Shown here: in pieces, positions 48,779-58,620 of the stretch
Numbering within the stretch: position 1 is the first letter of the stretch
Layout of the letters: each line of letters starts with the position of its first letter
Source: Alphaproteobacteria bacterium
Lineage (GTDB): Bacteria > Pseudomonadota > Alphaproteobacteria > UBA6615
DNA: 64,000 bases
Direction of reading: 5' to 3'
Assembly (NCBI GenBank): GCA_022449545.1
Contig: JAKUPN010000009.1
Location: 6,764 to 70,763, forward strand
Notes under the pieces: generated by a model
What the model was told of the DNA's origin: nothing
The model's input: the letters and a program-made list of their open reading frames with translations, nothing else
The model's database searches: none
Program-made: the position numbers and the translations under genes

Positions 48779-49708
48779 TTAATCACCAACCCTGGATTCT
48801 GAAACAGGTATTCTCTCTTCTCCTCTTATAGCTTCACGCCTCGCAATATAGGTTGTGCCAATAACAATTATTCCACCGCCAATCCAGGTCCAGATATCAG
48901 GAAATTCTGAGAACATAAAATAGCCTACTAAAGCTGCCCATATCATTCGGGTAAAAATTGCCGGTTCTACGACACTAATATCTGCTAATTTATAGGCTTG
49001 TACAAAAAGAAGATGCCCGATAACTCCAAAAAATCCTATAAGAGCTAGAAACATTAACTGATATAAGTTGGGAGTTTGCCAAACAAAAATAGCTGGCACG
49101 AGTGTTATAGGAAGCATTAACAAAGTTAAAAGACCAACAATTTGGGCTGCTGATTCAGTATTCGATAGTACCTTGGCCATTAATTTAGAACTCGAAACAG
49201 TTAAAGCCGCAAATAATATTAACCATGTACCAACCCCAATCTCTGAAAAACCAGGTCGAACTATTATTAGTCCTCCTATAAGAGCTATGACAACACCGGC
49301 CCAACGCCTTATTCCGACAGTTTCCGACAGGAATATAATAGCTAAAATTGTTACAAAAACAGGACTTAACAGCCCTAGGGCAGTTGCATCCGCAACGGGC
49401 ATAAGGCTTAAGGCCGTAAACCAAGCTAATAAGGATATGGAGTTTAAACCTGCCCGAGTAATATGCAGAAATGGACGAGTAGTCCTCAGGCTTCTAAAGC
49501 CTTTCTTCATAATCCACGGGGCAAATATTAAAACACCAAATAAATTACGAAAGAATGCAGCTTCAAATGGGTGTATGCCTTCTGAGGTAGTAACATACCT
49601 TATAACATTGTGCATCAAGGCAAAAAGAGCTGCAGCAAATACCACTAGCAAGAATGCATATACTGTCGGATCCATTTTTGAAGCTATAGAATGGAACTTC
49701 CTAATCAT
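48779..49708 (-). CDS. DMT / EamA family transporter
   Basis: About 10 TM segments; FFRNLFG, LSETVGIRRW, IIVRPG, EFPDIWTWIG. Confidence 0.92.
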   Translation of the reverse strand: MIRKFHSIASKMDPTVYAFLLVVFAAALFALMHNVIRYVTTSEGIHPFEAAFFRNLFGVLIFAPWIMKKGFRSLRTTRPFLHITRAGLNSISLLAWFTALSLMPVADATALGLLSPVFVTILAIIFLSETVGIRRWAGVVIALIGGLIIVRPGFSEIGVGTWLILFAALTVSSSKLMAKVLSNTESAAQIVGLLTLLMLPITLVPAIFVWQTPNLYQLMFLALIGFFGVIGHLLFVQAYKLADISVVEPAIFTRMIWAALVGYFMFSEFPDIWTWIGGGIIVIGTTYIARREAIRGEERIPVSESRVGD

Positions 49709-49731
49709 AGCTGATGTAGAAAAATAAAATA

Positions 49732-52071
49732 TTAGTCAGAACTGTTTTGTATCGTTTGCCAAACACGATAGGGAGTAGCAGGCATGTCAATGTTAGAAAC
49801 TCCAAATTCAGAAAGCGCATCAATGACAGCGTTCATTACTGCCGGTAATGCTCCACTGCAACCTGCTTCACCAGCACCCTTGGCTCCTAGCACGTTAGAT
49901 GTCGCTGGGTCAGGATGATCATCAAATGTAATGTCTGGTATTTCTACTGCTCGTGGTAATTGGTAATCCATATAAGAACCTGTTAGCAACTGGCCATCAT
50001 CGGAATAAACGACTTCTTCCATAAGGGCCTGGCCGATACCTTGGACAATCCCTCCATGTACCTGACCCTCTGCCAAGAGTGGGTTCACAATAGTACCAAA
50101 ATCATCCACCACACTGTATCTATCTACACGAGTAAACCCTGTTTCTGGATCAACTTCTACCTCGCAAATGTGTATTCCATTAGGAAATGACGAAGGTGCA
50201 GTCTCATGCACCAATTCTGTATCTAGGCTATCAGGAAACTGGTGGTCACCGGCGTTATCTTTTGCCTGTTTGGCAACTTCAAATATTCCCACAGACTTAT
50301 CTGTTCCAGCAACATGAAAACTTCCTTCATTATACTCAATATCTTCAACACTTGCTTCCAAGATATAGCTAGCAATCTGGCACCCTTTTTCTATAACTTT
50401 TTCGGCTGTTTCATAGATAGCCCCTGATTCAGCAATAACTGATCGTGATCCACCAGTACCTCCTCCAATTATTAATTGATCACTATCTCCCTGCAGAAGA
50501 TCAATTTTATCAAATGGTACACCTAAACGCGCTGAAAGAATTTGTGCAAAAGTAGAACGATGACCTTGTCCGTAATCTAGTGTCCCGCTAACAATTGTAA
50601 TACGGCCATCATCGCCAAATCTTAGGCCTCCCATTTCTTTTCCCGAAGGAGCCGAAACTTCGACATAAGCACAAACACCGAACCCTCGCTTCATTCCTCG
50701 CTCCTGAGACTCAGATCGGCGTTTATTAAAGCCAAGTAAATCAGAAGCATCCAATGCTTTATCAAACATTGGATCAAAATCCCCGCTATCATAGATTTGA
50801 CCACTGGCTGCAGTGAATGGCATTGCCTCTTTAGAAACTAGATTTCTCCGTCGTAAATCAATCGGGTCTATTCCCATCTCCCGTGACGCGGTATCGACCA
50901 ATCTTTCCATAATAAAATTGCCCTCCGGTCGACCGGCACCACGATAGGCTCCTACATAATTGGTATTAGTGAAAACACACTGCATATTTACGTCAATGGC
51001 AGGAGTTCTATACATACATGTAAGATTTTTGCCGACATTGACTGTTTGTGCGTGTGGGCCAGTTCCGGTTAGGTACCCTCCCATGTTAGCTAGTCCATGC
51101 ACCCGAGCGGCTAAAAATATTCCATTCTCATCTAGCGCTAGTTCAGCAAAATACTCACTGCCACGGCCCATGTGATCAGAAACCATACTTTCAGTTCGAT
51201 CTGCAGTCCACTTAACCGGACACGAGAGATTTTTAGAAGCAAGCATAACAACTGGATACTCATTGTAAGGAAGTGATTTCATACCAAAGGAACCACCTAC
51301 ATCATTTGTAATAACTCGGATATTTTCAGGTTCTTCTTTGATAATACCAGCAAGAAGGTTTCGCATCCCAAAAACACCTTGGCAACCGGTATAAACAGTA
51401 TACCTTTGTGTTTTAAGATCGTAATTTCCAATGAACGACCTTGGCTCCATTGCCGACACAAAAACCTGATTGTTTTTAAGCTTTATACTAGTAACGTGAC
51501 TTGCATTTTCAAAAGCGTTACTGGTTGCTTCAGCGTCTCCCATCTGAAAATCAATGCATACATTTCCAGGTGCTTCTTGATGCAATTGTAACGCCTCATC
51601 AGAAGTAGAGCTAGAAACATCAACACTTGCTGACAATTCTTCAATATCAATAACAACTAGCTCAGCCGCATCACGGGCTTCAGAGATTGTTTTGCCTATT
51701 ACTGCAACTATCGGTTCTCCGACATTTCTAACTCGATCTGTTGCCAATATTGGTCGTGGGGGTTTAATGAGTGCTGAACCGTCGCGGCTTTTCAATGGCA
51801 AATTATTTGGTAATGTACCATAACCTGCTTCATTAATATCATTGCACGTGTACACAGCTAATATACCAGGAGAAGATTTGGCTGCGTCTGTGTCTATGGA
51901 GACAATATTTCCGTGGGCAACATGTGATCGTACAAAAATAATATACGCTTGATCCTGTAGATTCATGTCATCTGTGTATTGGCCTCTCCCACGAAGAAGA
52001 CGAGGGTCTTCATTCCGGGTTACAGGCTGACTGACTGCATATGGTCCTGAGCCAAATACGGGTACATCCAC
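49732..52071 (-). CDS. Xanthine dehydrogenase-family molybdopterin-binding large subunit (CoxL form II-like); likely start GTG 52071
   Basis: RNEDPRLL, VGGSFGMK, AYRGAGRPE, GQGHRS, GQVHGG, KGAGEAG; SD AAGGA before the GTG. Confidence 0.92.
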   Translation of the reverse strand: MDVPVFGSGPYAVSQPVTRNEDPRLLRGRGQYTDDMNLQDQAYIIFVRSHVAHGNIVSIDTDAAKSSPGILAVYTCNDINEAGYGTLPNNLPLKSRDGSALIKPPRPILATDRVRNVGEPIVAVIGKTISEARDAAELVVIDIEELSASVDVSSSTSDEALQLHQEAPGNVCIDFQMGDAEATSNAFENASHVTSIKLKNNQVFVSAMEPRSFIGNYDLKTQRYTVYTGCQGVFGMRNLLAGIIKEEPENIRVITNDVGGSFGMKSLPYNEYPVVMLASKNLSCPVKWTADRTESMVSDHMGRGSEYFAELALDENGIFLAARVHGLANMGGYLTGTGPHAQTVNVGKNLTCMYRTPAIDVNMQCVFTNTNYVGAYRGAGRPEGNFIMERLVDTASREMGIDPIDLRRRNLVSKEAMPFTAASGQIYDSGDFDPMFDKALDASDLLGFNKRRSESQERGMKRGFGVCAYVEVSAPSGKEMGGLRFGDDGRITIVSGTLDYGQGHRSTFAQILSARLGVPFDKIDLLQGDSDQLIIGGGTGGSRSVIAESGAIYETAEKVIEKGCQIASYILEASVEDIEYNEGSFHVAGTDKSVGIFEVAKQAKDNAGDHQFPDSLDTELVHETAPSSFPNGIHICEVEVDPETGFTRVDRYSVVDDFGTIVNPLLAEGQVHGGIVQGIGQALMEEVVYSDDGQLLTGSYMDYQLPRAVEIPDITFDDHPDPATSNVLGAKGAGEAGCSGALPAVMNAVIDALSEFGVSNIDMPATPYRVWQTIQNSSD

Positions 52072-52217
52072 GGCTTTTTCCTTTTTTAAAGTTGATAAGG
52101 ATTGCAACTGTCTAAGATAATCATATCTTCGCCAAAAACTCGACAAATATAGACTTATTTATCGTATCAGTCGTGACTTGGTAATATTATTAAATTATAG
52201 AATTCAAATGTCTACAG

Positions 52218-53273
52218 CTATTCTGCTGCCTGTACAACTGGACCTTCTTTATCTAGAAAATGCGGCATAACCTCCTCGGCAAACTGTTGTAAGGCCTCAG
52301 TGGATCCACTTAGATCATGAGCTAAAATATTTCTAACTCCAAGGTCATAAAGCTTTTGAACCCTTTCGCCCATTTCCTGAGAATTTCCTATAATTGCACC
52401 TGCCTCGGAAATAAGATCAGGATCACCACGATCTTTCCAACGTGAATCAGCTACGGGATTGAACGATTTTGCCTGAAACTTTTTATCTGTGGCCAAAACC
52501 TGCACTTCAGTAATAAACTTGCCTCTCAGAACGTGTGCTTCTTTTCGCTTATTATCATTATTGGCAACCATAAGCCCTCGTGTAACAGCAACTGAGTATG
52601 GATCAAACTCTCTTCCTTGATTCTCTACCTCATCACGATAATAATTTATTCTCTCTCCTATCGCTTCAAAAGGGGACATTTGATCTAACAATAAATTAAA
52701 GCCACTTTTTGCCGCTTTTCTTATTGAGGCTTCACTGCCAGCCCCCACCCACATAGGAGGGTAGGGTTTTTGAACAGTAGGAGGTTCAACTATGATCTGA
52801 TTAAACTCCCATCTATCAGATTTATAAGACCACCTATCTGTTTCTTCATAGGACCTTTTTATAATAGCGATAGACTCCTGAAATATTTCTTCCGCATCTT
52901 CTACCTTAATACCAAACCCAGCAAATTCATTAGCTCTATATCCTCGACCAATACCAAAATCATAGCGCCCCTTAGATATTTGATCGAGGGTCGCTACCTG
53001 CTCAGCCAGTAAGATTGGATTAAACCATGGGACAACAACAACCGCGCTACCAAGTCGAATTTTGGAAGTAATTCCTGCTAAGTAGCAAAGATAATTCAAT
53101 GTTGCTGATAGTTGCGAAAATCCAGTGAAGTGATGTTCAACTAACCACGCACTGCTATAACCCAACTTCTCAGCAAGTTGAATATATTCACCATATTCAT
53201 GATAACCAAGAGCTGCTTCAGTAATAACCTCTCCTGGAACTGCCTGTGCACCACCAAACAAACCAAATTTCAT
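52218..53273 (-). CDS. LLM class (luciferase-like) flavin-dependent oxidoreductase
   Basis: MKFGLF, AEKLGYSSAWLVEHHF, LAEQVATLD, GIGRGY, PVVQ, FAEEVMP. Confidence 0.92.
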   Translation of the reverse strand: MKFGLFGGAQAVPGEVITEAALGYHEYGEYIQLAEKLGYSSAWLVEHHFTGFSQLSATLNYLCYLAGITSKIRLGSAVVVVPWFNPILLAEQVATLDQISKGRYDFGIGRGYRANEFAGFGIKVEDAEEIFQESIAIIKRSYEETDRWSYKSDRWEFNQIIVEPPTVQKPYPPMWVGAGSEASIRKAAKSGFNLLLDQMSPFEAIGERINYYRDEVENQGREFDPYSVAVTRGLMVANNDNKRKEAHVLRGKFITEVQVLATDKKFQAKSFNPVADSRWKDRGDPDLISEAGAIIGNSQEMGERVQKLYDLGVRNILAHDLSGSTEALQQFAEEVMPHFLDKEGPVVQAAE

Positions 53274-53500
53274 AATACTGCCCCAATAATTCTATAACCA
53301 ATATATATAACTGACAGGATCTAAAGATAATAATAATTTATAATTATAAACTTTATATGATTTAATAATATCTCAAAATATTGCTCATACGAGAAGGTAA
53401 AAAATAAATAGTTCTTAAACACGTTTTTATACAACAACTTTTTATAATAAGTGAAAAGAATTTGTTAATTAATCATTAAGAAAATTTATATAGTGCTCTT

Positions 53501-54370
53501 TTAACGATGCCGTTTCACAAAACCGAAGGTAAGTCCGCGTACGAGGTGCTTTCTTATAAACAAACCAATAATAACTAGAGGCAAAGTCGCACCGATTGAT
53601 AAAGCCGCTTGAATACCGTAGGCGCCCCCTCCTCCAAACCGATTAAGATACATTGGTAATGTAGACACATCAGCCTTGGAAAGTATTAAAGCCAAAAAGA
53701 ACTCACTCCAATTCAAAATAAAAAGAAACAAGAAAGTTACAGCTAAGCCAGGCTTCAAAAGAGGAAGAATTATCTCGACAATCACCTGAAATCTGCGGGC
53801 TCCTAATACCTCTGCTGCCTGTTCATACTCAAGTGGAATATCGTCAACGAAACTTTTTAAAACCAATAAAGCAAAAGGAATTGTTGTTATAATATACAAT
53901 AATATAAGACCAATCCTTGAATCTTCCAAACCTATAAAAGAATACCAAAGCAAAAGAGGACCAGCAATAACAAAGGGCGGTACCAGTCTCAGTAATAAAG
54001 TTGCTATTAATTGGGTGTCCGTCAGTATTTTATAACGAGAAGCAGCATATGCAACTATAGCACCAAAAAAAGTAGCAAATAATGAGGCACTAAACGCTAT
54101 AATTAGTGAGTTTATAAAAGCATCCCATGGGCCTATAGATTCTGTATAACGTCCTGCACTAAAAACACCAGAGATCCAAACAAGATAGTAGTTCAAAAAG
54201 TTAGGATCTTCTGACCACCAGACCGGAGGCCAAGTAATCCATTCATGCGAAGCCTTAAGTGAAGTGGAGACTATCCAAAAAAGTGGAAAAGCCACTATTA
54301 ACAACCACACAGTAAGAATAAAATAACGCAAAAATTCAAATAAGGATTTCCGCTTAAATCGGGATATCAT
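53501..54370 (-). CDS. Orphan carbohydrate ABC permease (MalG-type), paralog of 3003..3923
   Basis: FPLFWIVSTSLK, YEQAAEVLGA, WSEFFLAL, RKHLVRGLTFG. Confidence 0.9.
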   Translation of the reverse strand: MISRFKRKSLFEFLRYFILTVWLLIVAFPLFWIVSTSLKASHEWITWPPVWWSEDPNFLNYYLVWISGVFSAGRYTESIGPWDAFINSLIIAFSASLFATFFGAIVAYAASRYKILTDTQLIATLLLRLVPPFVIAGPLLLWYSFIGLEDSRIGLILLYIITTIPFALLVLKSFVDDIPLEYEQAAEVLGARRFQVIVEIILPLLKPGLAVTFLFLFILNWSEFFLALILSKADVSTLPMYLNRFGGGGAYGIQAALSIGATLPLVIIGLFIRKHLVRGLTFGFVKRHR

Positions 54371-54397
54371 TCCACCTATCCTGAAACTATGGCTAGC

Positions 54398-55627
54398 TTA
54401 TGGATTTAAACCAGTATAGCGCAAAATATAAATTCCATGATTTTTATCAGACACATAGATGTTCCCTCGTTTGTCAACAATGACATCCTCTGTCTGAGCC
54501 ACTAGCTTAGTAGCTGGTAATAGGCCTCTTCTTTCTTTGGGATCAGGTGGAACAAAATAGCCTACCTCTTGGGGCAGTCTTTCATCTGAAATATCATAAA
54601 TTCTCAACCCGCCATTAAAATAAGTCACAAAAGACAGGTCTTCACCTTGGTAAAGAATATCCTGATGCTGGGGTTGGTGTTGATTATGGGGGCCAAAGCG
54701 CCCTCCCCTTTCACAAAAGTTTTTATAAGGAGCTTCTTCCGGAGGAACCGGTAGTGGGAATAAAGATATAAGATGAGGATTTTTCTCATCACTTATATCA
54801 ACCATACCACAGTAACCAAGAGGTTCTTCACAATTTTCTTTTATTGCTTCAGAATTAACAATAACCAAATCTCTTCCATTTAGAGGAAGAGCTGTATGTA
54901 CAGAGATAAAATTCACAAAGGGGGGTGAAAAAGGCAAGTCACTTACCATAGTCGGCTGAGTTTTATCAGAAATATCTAAAATGACAAATCCCCCTGCACC
55001 GTATGGAAGGAAAGCACGATCACCTTTAATGTATGCTCCTCCGTGCAGCATGGTTCCCAACCGAGGTCCGTCTTCACCTCCTGCAATCCATTGTCCAGGT
55101 CTCCACCAACGTCCAACTTCAACTGGGTTGCTTGGATCTATTATGTCTACTATCTGCAATATTTGACCTATGTAACCTTCTGGTAGCCCTGTAGCATATA
55201 CATATCTCCCACCATCATAATAATTTCTATGTGTTCCATCTCCACCTGTTTTAAAATGACCTATAAGTTTAGGATCCTCCGGATCATCGAGACCCCAGAT
55301 CAAAAACCCCTCCCCATTTGGTTCACCAGGTGTATTACCCCAACCCTCCATTATCTTTTCCTGAGAAGTAATCATAAGACCATCAGCAATTTGAACTTGA
55401 AGTGTCCAAGTGTTAGATGGTCCTTCGATAAATCTAACAAATCTAGGGTTGGCCGGATCTGTCACCTCAACAATAGAAAAGCCTGGGTGCCAGAACTTAG
55501 CGGTATATAAATACCAGCGGTCGCCAGACTTATGCAAAGCTAGCTTGAAACCTGGTCTACCCTCTAGATCGCAATATCCAATTTTTTCTACATTTAAAGA
55601 AAAACTATCTCCCGAAGGATAGGTCAT
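54398..55627 (-). CDS. LVIVD-repeat (beta-propeller) protein of unknown function
   Basis: Repeated IVEVTDPANP, IVDIIDPSNP, ILDISDKTQP, MVDISDEKNP, IYDISDERLP; GGRFGPHN. Confidence 0.85.
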   Translation of the reverse strand: MTYPSGDSFSLNVEKIGYCDLEGRPGFKLALHKSGDRWYLYTAKFWHPGFSIVEVTDPANPRFVRFIEGPSNTWTLQVQIADGLMITSQEKIMEGWGNTPGEPNGEGFLIWGLDDPEDPKLIGHFKTGGDGTHRNYYDGGRYVYATGLPEGYIGQILQIVDIIDPSNPVEVGRWWRPGQWIAGGEDGPRLGTMLHGGAYIKGDRAFLPYGAGGFVILDISDKTQPTMVSDLPFSPPFVNFISVHTALPLNGRDLVIVNSEAIKENCEEPLGYCGMVDISDEKNPHLISLFPLPVPPEEAPYKNFCERGGRFGPHNQHQPQHQDILYQGEDLSFVTYFNGGLRIYDISDERLPQEVGYFVPPDPKERRGLLPATKLVAQTEDVIVDKRGNIYVSDKNHGIYILRYTGLNP

Positions 55628-55751
55628 GACATGCCCTCTGTTATAAGATTCATATTTAAAATCACATATTTTATCATCTTTAGCACTAGTACGTGACTAA
55701 TAAATTTCATAAGGGTCTAGATTATTTGCGTTTATCAGTCAAAAATATCAA

Positions 55752-56501
55752 ATGACTTCAAATATAGATGATCATAGACGACCACGTTATCAAATCATAG
55801 CTGATGATCTGATTACTGAAATAACCTCTAATAGGATTACGGTAGGTTCTAGCTTACCTACAGAAAAAGAATTATGTCGTTATTACGAGGTCAGCAGATA
55901 TACTGTTCGTGAAGCACTCAGAGTTCTTAGAGAAATGGGGCTTATTAGCATTCGTCGTGGCTCAGGAACAAAAGTTTTATCTGCAAAACCCAAGGATGCT
56001 TACGTACAGTCAGTAAATAGTCTTTCAGAATTATTAAGGTATCCAGAAACTAGGTTCTCTCTAAAAAAATCAGGCATGGCCATGATCGACAGGAACCTTG
56101 CCAATACTCTTAATATAAAAAAAGAAGTTTGGTTTCAGATAAGTGGTATCCGCCGTTCAAATTCTTCAAATACTCCTATTTGTTGGCAAGACGTTTACGT
56201 TTTACCAGAATATGAAGATGCTGCAAGACGAGTACCTTTCAGCCATCATGCTGTGCATCAAATTATTGAATTACGCCATGGATCATTAATAGAAGAAGCA
56301 CAACTAAACATATTTGCAAGCCAGATAGACCGTCCTTTAGCAAGACATCTTGAGGTTCAAGAAGGTTCTTCTGCTATGACAATAATTCGTCTCTATCATG
56401 ATAATAAAGGACGTTTATTTGAAATAACTAGAAGTATTCACCCAGAGGGACGTTTCGTTTATTCGCTGCACATGAAACATGACAAACAAAACAGGGAATA
56501 A
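55752..56501 (+). CDS. GntR family transcriptional regulator (HutC/UTRA subfamily)
   Basis: LPTEKELC, VSRYTVREAL, RRGSGT wHTH; C-terminal UTRA-like domain. Confidence 0.92.
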   Translation: MTSNIDDHRRPRYQIIADDLITEITSNRITVGSSLPTEKELCRYYEVSRYTVREALRVLREMGLISIRRGSGTKVLSAKPKDAYVQSVNSLSELLRYPETRFSLKKSGMAMIDRNLANTLNIKKEVWFQISGIRRSNSSNTPICWQDVYVLPEYEDAARRVPFSHHAVHQIIELRHGSLIEEAQLNIFASQIDRPLARHLEVQEGSSAMTIIRLYHDNKGRLFEITRSIHPEGRFVYSLHMKHDKQNRE

Positions 56502-56511
56502 AAAATATTTA

Positions 56512-57612
56512 TTATTTGAATGCAGCCAGTTCATTAACAATATCTTCGTCAACCTCAACACCAAGACCTGCTCCATCAGGTAAGATTGCTAGTCCAGAAT
56601 CAACAACAATTGGGTTTCGAACAAGATCTTTTGCGACATACTGTTTAGTGATACTCAGCCCCCAATTTAATGAAGGAGCAGCAGCAGAAATATGAAGAAC
56701 TGCAGCACTTGATATACTTGACTCCGCAACCTTTCCAGCCATATTCACATTCATGCCTAACTCATCACAAACACAAGCGGCCTCATAGGCACGAGTTATG
56801 CCACCCAACTTGATCATTTTCAAGCTACCACCTTTTGCAGCTGACATTTCCTTATGAGTTTTTATATCCCTTACACTGTGCAGCCCTTCATCGGCCCCAA
56901 TATCAATCTTAGAGTGTCTTTGAACCAGGGCCATACCATCTAAATCAGAGCCTAATATTGGCTGTTCAACAAAGTCTAAGCTCTCACCAACGTTTTCAAC
57001 AAACTCGACTGCCTTCTCGCGACTCCAGCCTTGATTTGCATCAGCAGAAAGCTGCACCCCACTGTTAACTAGGTCACGAATACGAATAGAACGTTCGACA
57101 TCTTCTTCTACTGGATTAGATCCAACTTTTATTTTGAAAGATTTAAAGCCCTCTTCTAATTTCTGACTACCATCCCTGAGATCATCTTCCAGCTTTCCTG
57201 ATGCTAGCATCCATAAAACTGGCATCTTCGTTCTTTTTACGGTTCCCAATAATTCAGCAACAGTTTTTTGTTGGGCCTTTCCGGCTATGTCGTAAAATGC
57301 CATTTCCAATAAGGTCTTAGCACTTGCATTGCCATAAAGTCTAAAATCCATCAGAGAGAGATTCTCAGCAAACTCGGATGGGTCTCGACCTACGAAAAAT
57401 GGGGTTAAATAGTTTATAGCCGCAACCATACTTTCAATAGTTTCGCCGGTCATGCCAGGAGCTGCTGAAGCTTCTCCCCATCCAACTAAACCATTATCAG
57501 TACTCACCTTTACAAGAACATTATCGCTTGAATTGAAAACAAATCCTGCCATCTTTAGAGGTTTGGTCATCGGTAAAGAAATAGGAATCGCTTTGATATT
57601 AGATATTTTCAT
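56512..57612 (-). CDS. Enolase superfamily enzyme, muconate cycloisomerase (MLE) subgroup
   Basis: GWGEA, KIKVG (KxK), metal ligands DANQ / EQP / DEG, KMIKLGG, GLGVEVD. Confidence 0.9.
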   Translation of the reverse strand: MKISNIKAIPISLPMTKPLKMAGFVFNSSDNVLVKVSTDNGLVGWGEASAAPGMTGETIESMVAAINYLTPFFVGRDPSEFAENLSLMDFRLYGNASAKTLLEMAFYDIAGKAQQKTVAELLGTVKRTKMPVLWMLASGKLEDDLRDGSQKLEEGFKSFKIKVGSNPVEEDVERSIRIRDLVNSGVQLSADANQGWSREKAVEFVENVGESLDFVEQPILGSDLDGMALVQRHSKIDIGADEGLHSVRDIKTHKEMSAAKGGSLKMIKLGGITRAYEAACVCDELGMNVNMAGKVAESSISSAAVLHISAAAPSLNWGLSITKQYVAKDLVRNPIVVDSGLAILPDGAGLGVEVDEDIVNELAAFK

Positions 57613-57649
57613 AATATTTCCTAATGTTTTACTTTAACTTAGAATTAAA

Positions 57650-58582
57650 CTATTTGCCTACAAGCTTATCAAGTGATCGAGGTTTTGGTTCTATAATTTC
57701 TTGACCAGAATCAGAGGCTAAATATTTTGATAAGTCTTTCAATCTGGAACTTGCTTGGTCACGAACTTTTTCTACGTCTATTCCACTCCAATCGTAAAAT
57801 CCTTTGCCGTCACTTAAACCCCCTTCTCCGCGATTAACCATGTTTTGTATCATCTGATTTGGGGTATCAATGGGATGTAACTCAGGAACAATAGATCTCT
57901 GAGCATCAGCGTGAATCCTTAACCCACTAATATCTTTCTGTTGTATTAGTCCGTTCAGACACATACGAGGGCCGAGCATTTTTCGTGCAGACATATCAAT
58001 ATCTGCAGGACTGGCAACACCATTCTCAATTAAATTGTAGCACTCATGCAATATAATATGCTGAAGTCTATTTATTAAAAATCCAACAACCGGTTGGTAA
58101 AGAACAACTGTTTCTTTCCCAGTTTCATTAAGTACTTTGGACACCAAATCGATATCTTCTTTTGGACAGCTTGGACCCGCCATCACCTCTACAACAGACG
58201 TAGTTTCTGCTGGCATAAAGTAATGCAACCCTAGAAATCTTTTGGGATAAACTAAGTCGCTAGCAAGCTTAATCAAATCTAGACCCGAAGTTCCGGATGA
58301 AATAAGCGGTGCACCCTTATACTTATCTTCAACGAGACGATACACCTCCTTTTTATCCTCAAGGTTCTCAGGCACGAACTCTATAACTAAATCAGGCAAT
58401 GCGTCAGGTAATTTTTCATAAAATGCTATTCGCTCGTCGGTTCCACTAAGTTGCTTACCTCTAGACGAAACAACTGAAACTTTAAAATTAGCTTTTACGA
58501 AGGTATTGGCAACAGCTTTACCCATTACCCCATAACCAAAAATTAGAATATTTTTTATTACTAAAGTGTTTGGAGGACTCAT
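57650..58582 (-). CDS. 3-hydroxyacyl-CoA dehydrogenase family protein
   Basis: GYGVMG, EFVPE...K, GLHYFMP, GFLINRLQ, GKGFYDW. Confidence 0.88.
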   Translation of the reverse strand: MSPPNTLVIKNILIFGYGVMGKAVANTFVKANFKVSVVSSRGKQLSGTDERIAFYEKLPDALPDLVIEFVPENLEDKKEVYRLVEDKYKGAPLISSGTSGLDLIKLASDLVYPKRFLGLHYFMPAETTSVVEVMAGPSCPKEDIDLVSKVLNETGKETVVLYQPVVGFLINRLQHIILHECYNLIENGVASPADIDMSARKMLGPRMCLNGLIQQKDISGLRIHADAQRSIVPELHPIDTPNQMIQNMVNRGEGGLSDGKGFYDWSGIDVEKVRDQASSRLKDLSKYLASDSGQEIIEPKPRSLDKLVGK

Positions 58583-58620
58583 TTATTTTCCTAATGTAAA
58601 ATTAAGAAGTATCATTTTAT

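Noticed and set aside
49068-49727. 219-aa plus-strand ORF and the many other 60-170 aa overlapping ORFs in the track
   Set aside because: They are antisense or out-of-frame shadows of well-supported genes, with no recognisable motifs.
6107-52071. Aerobic CO dehydrogenase (form I coxL) for either Mo subunit
   Set aside because: Neither has the AYxCSFR motif, and coxM/coxS/coxDEFG are absent.
55681-55700. GntR/HutC operator (TAGCACTAGTACGTGACTA imperfect palindrome)
   Set aside because: Single, imperfect and not repeated elsewhere that I could find; insufficient support.
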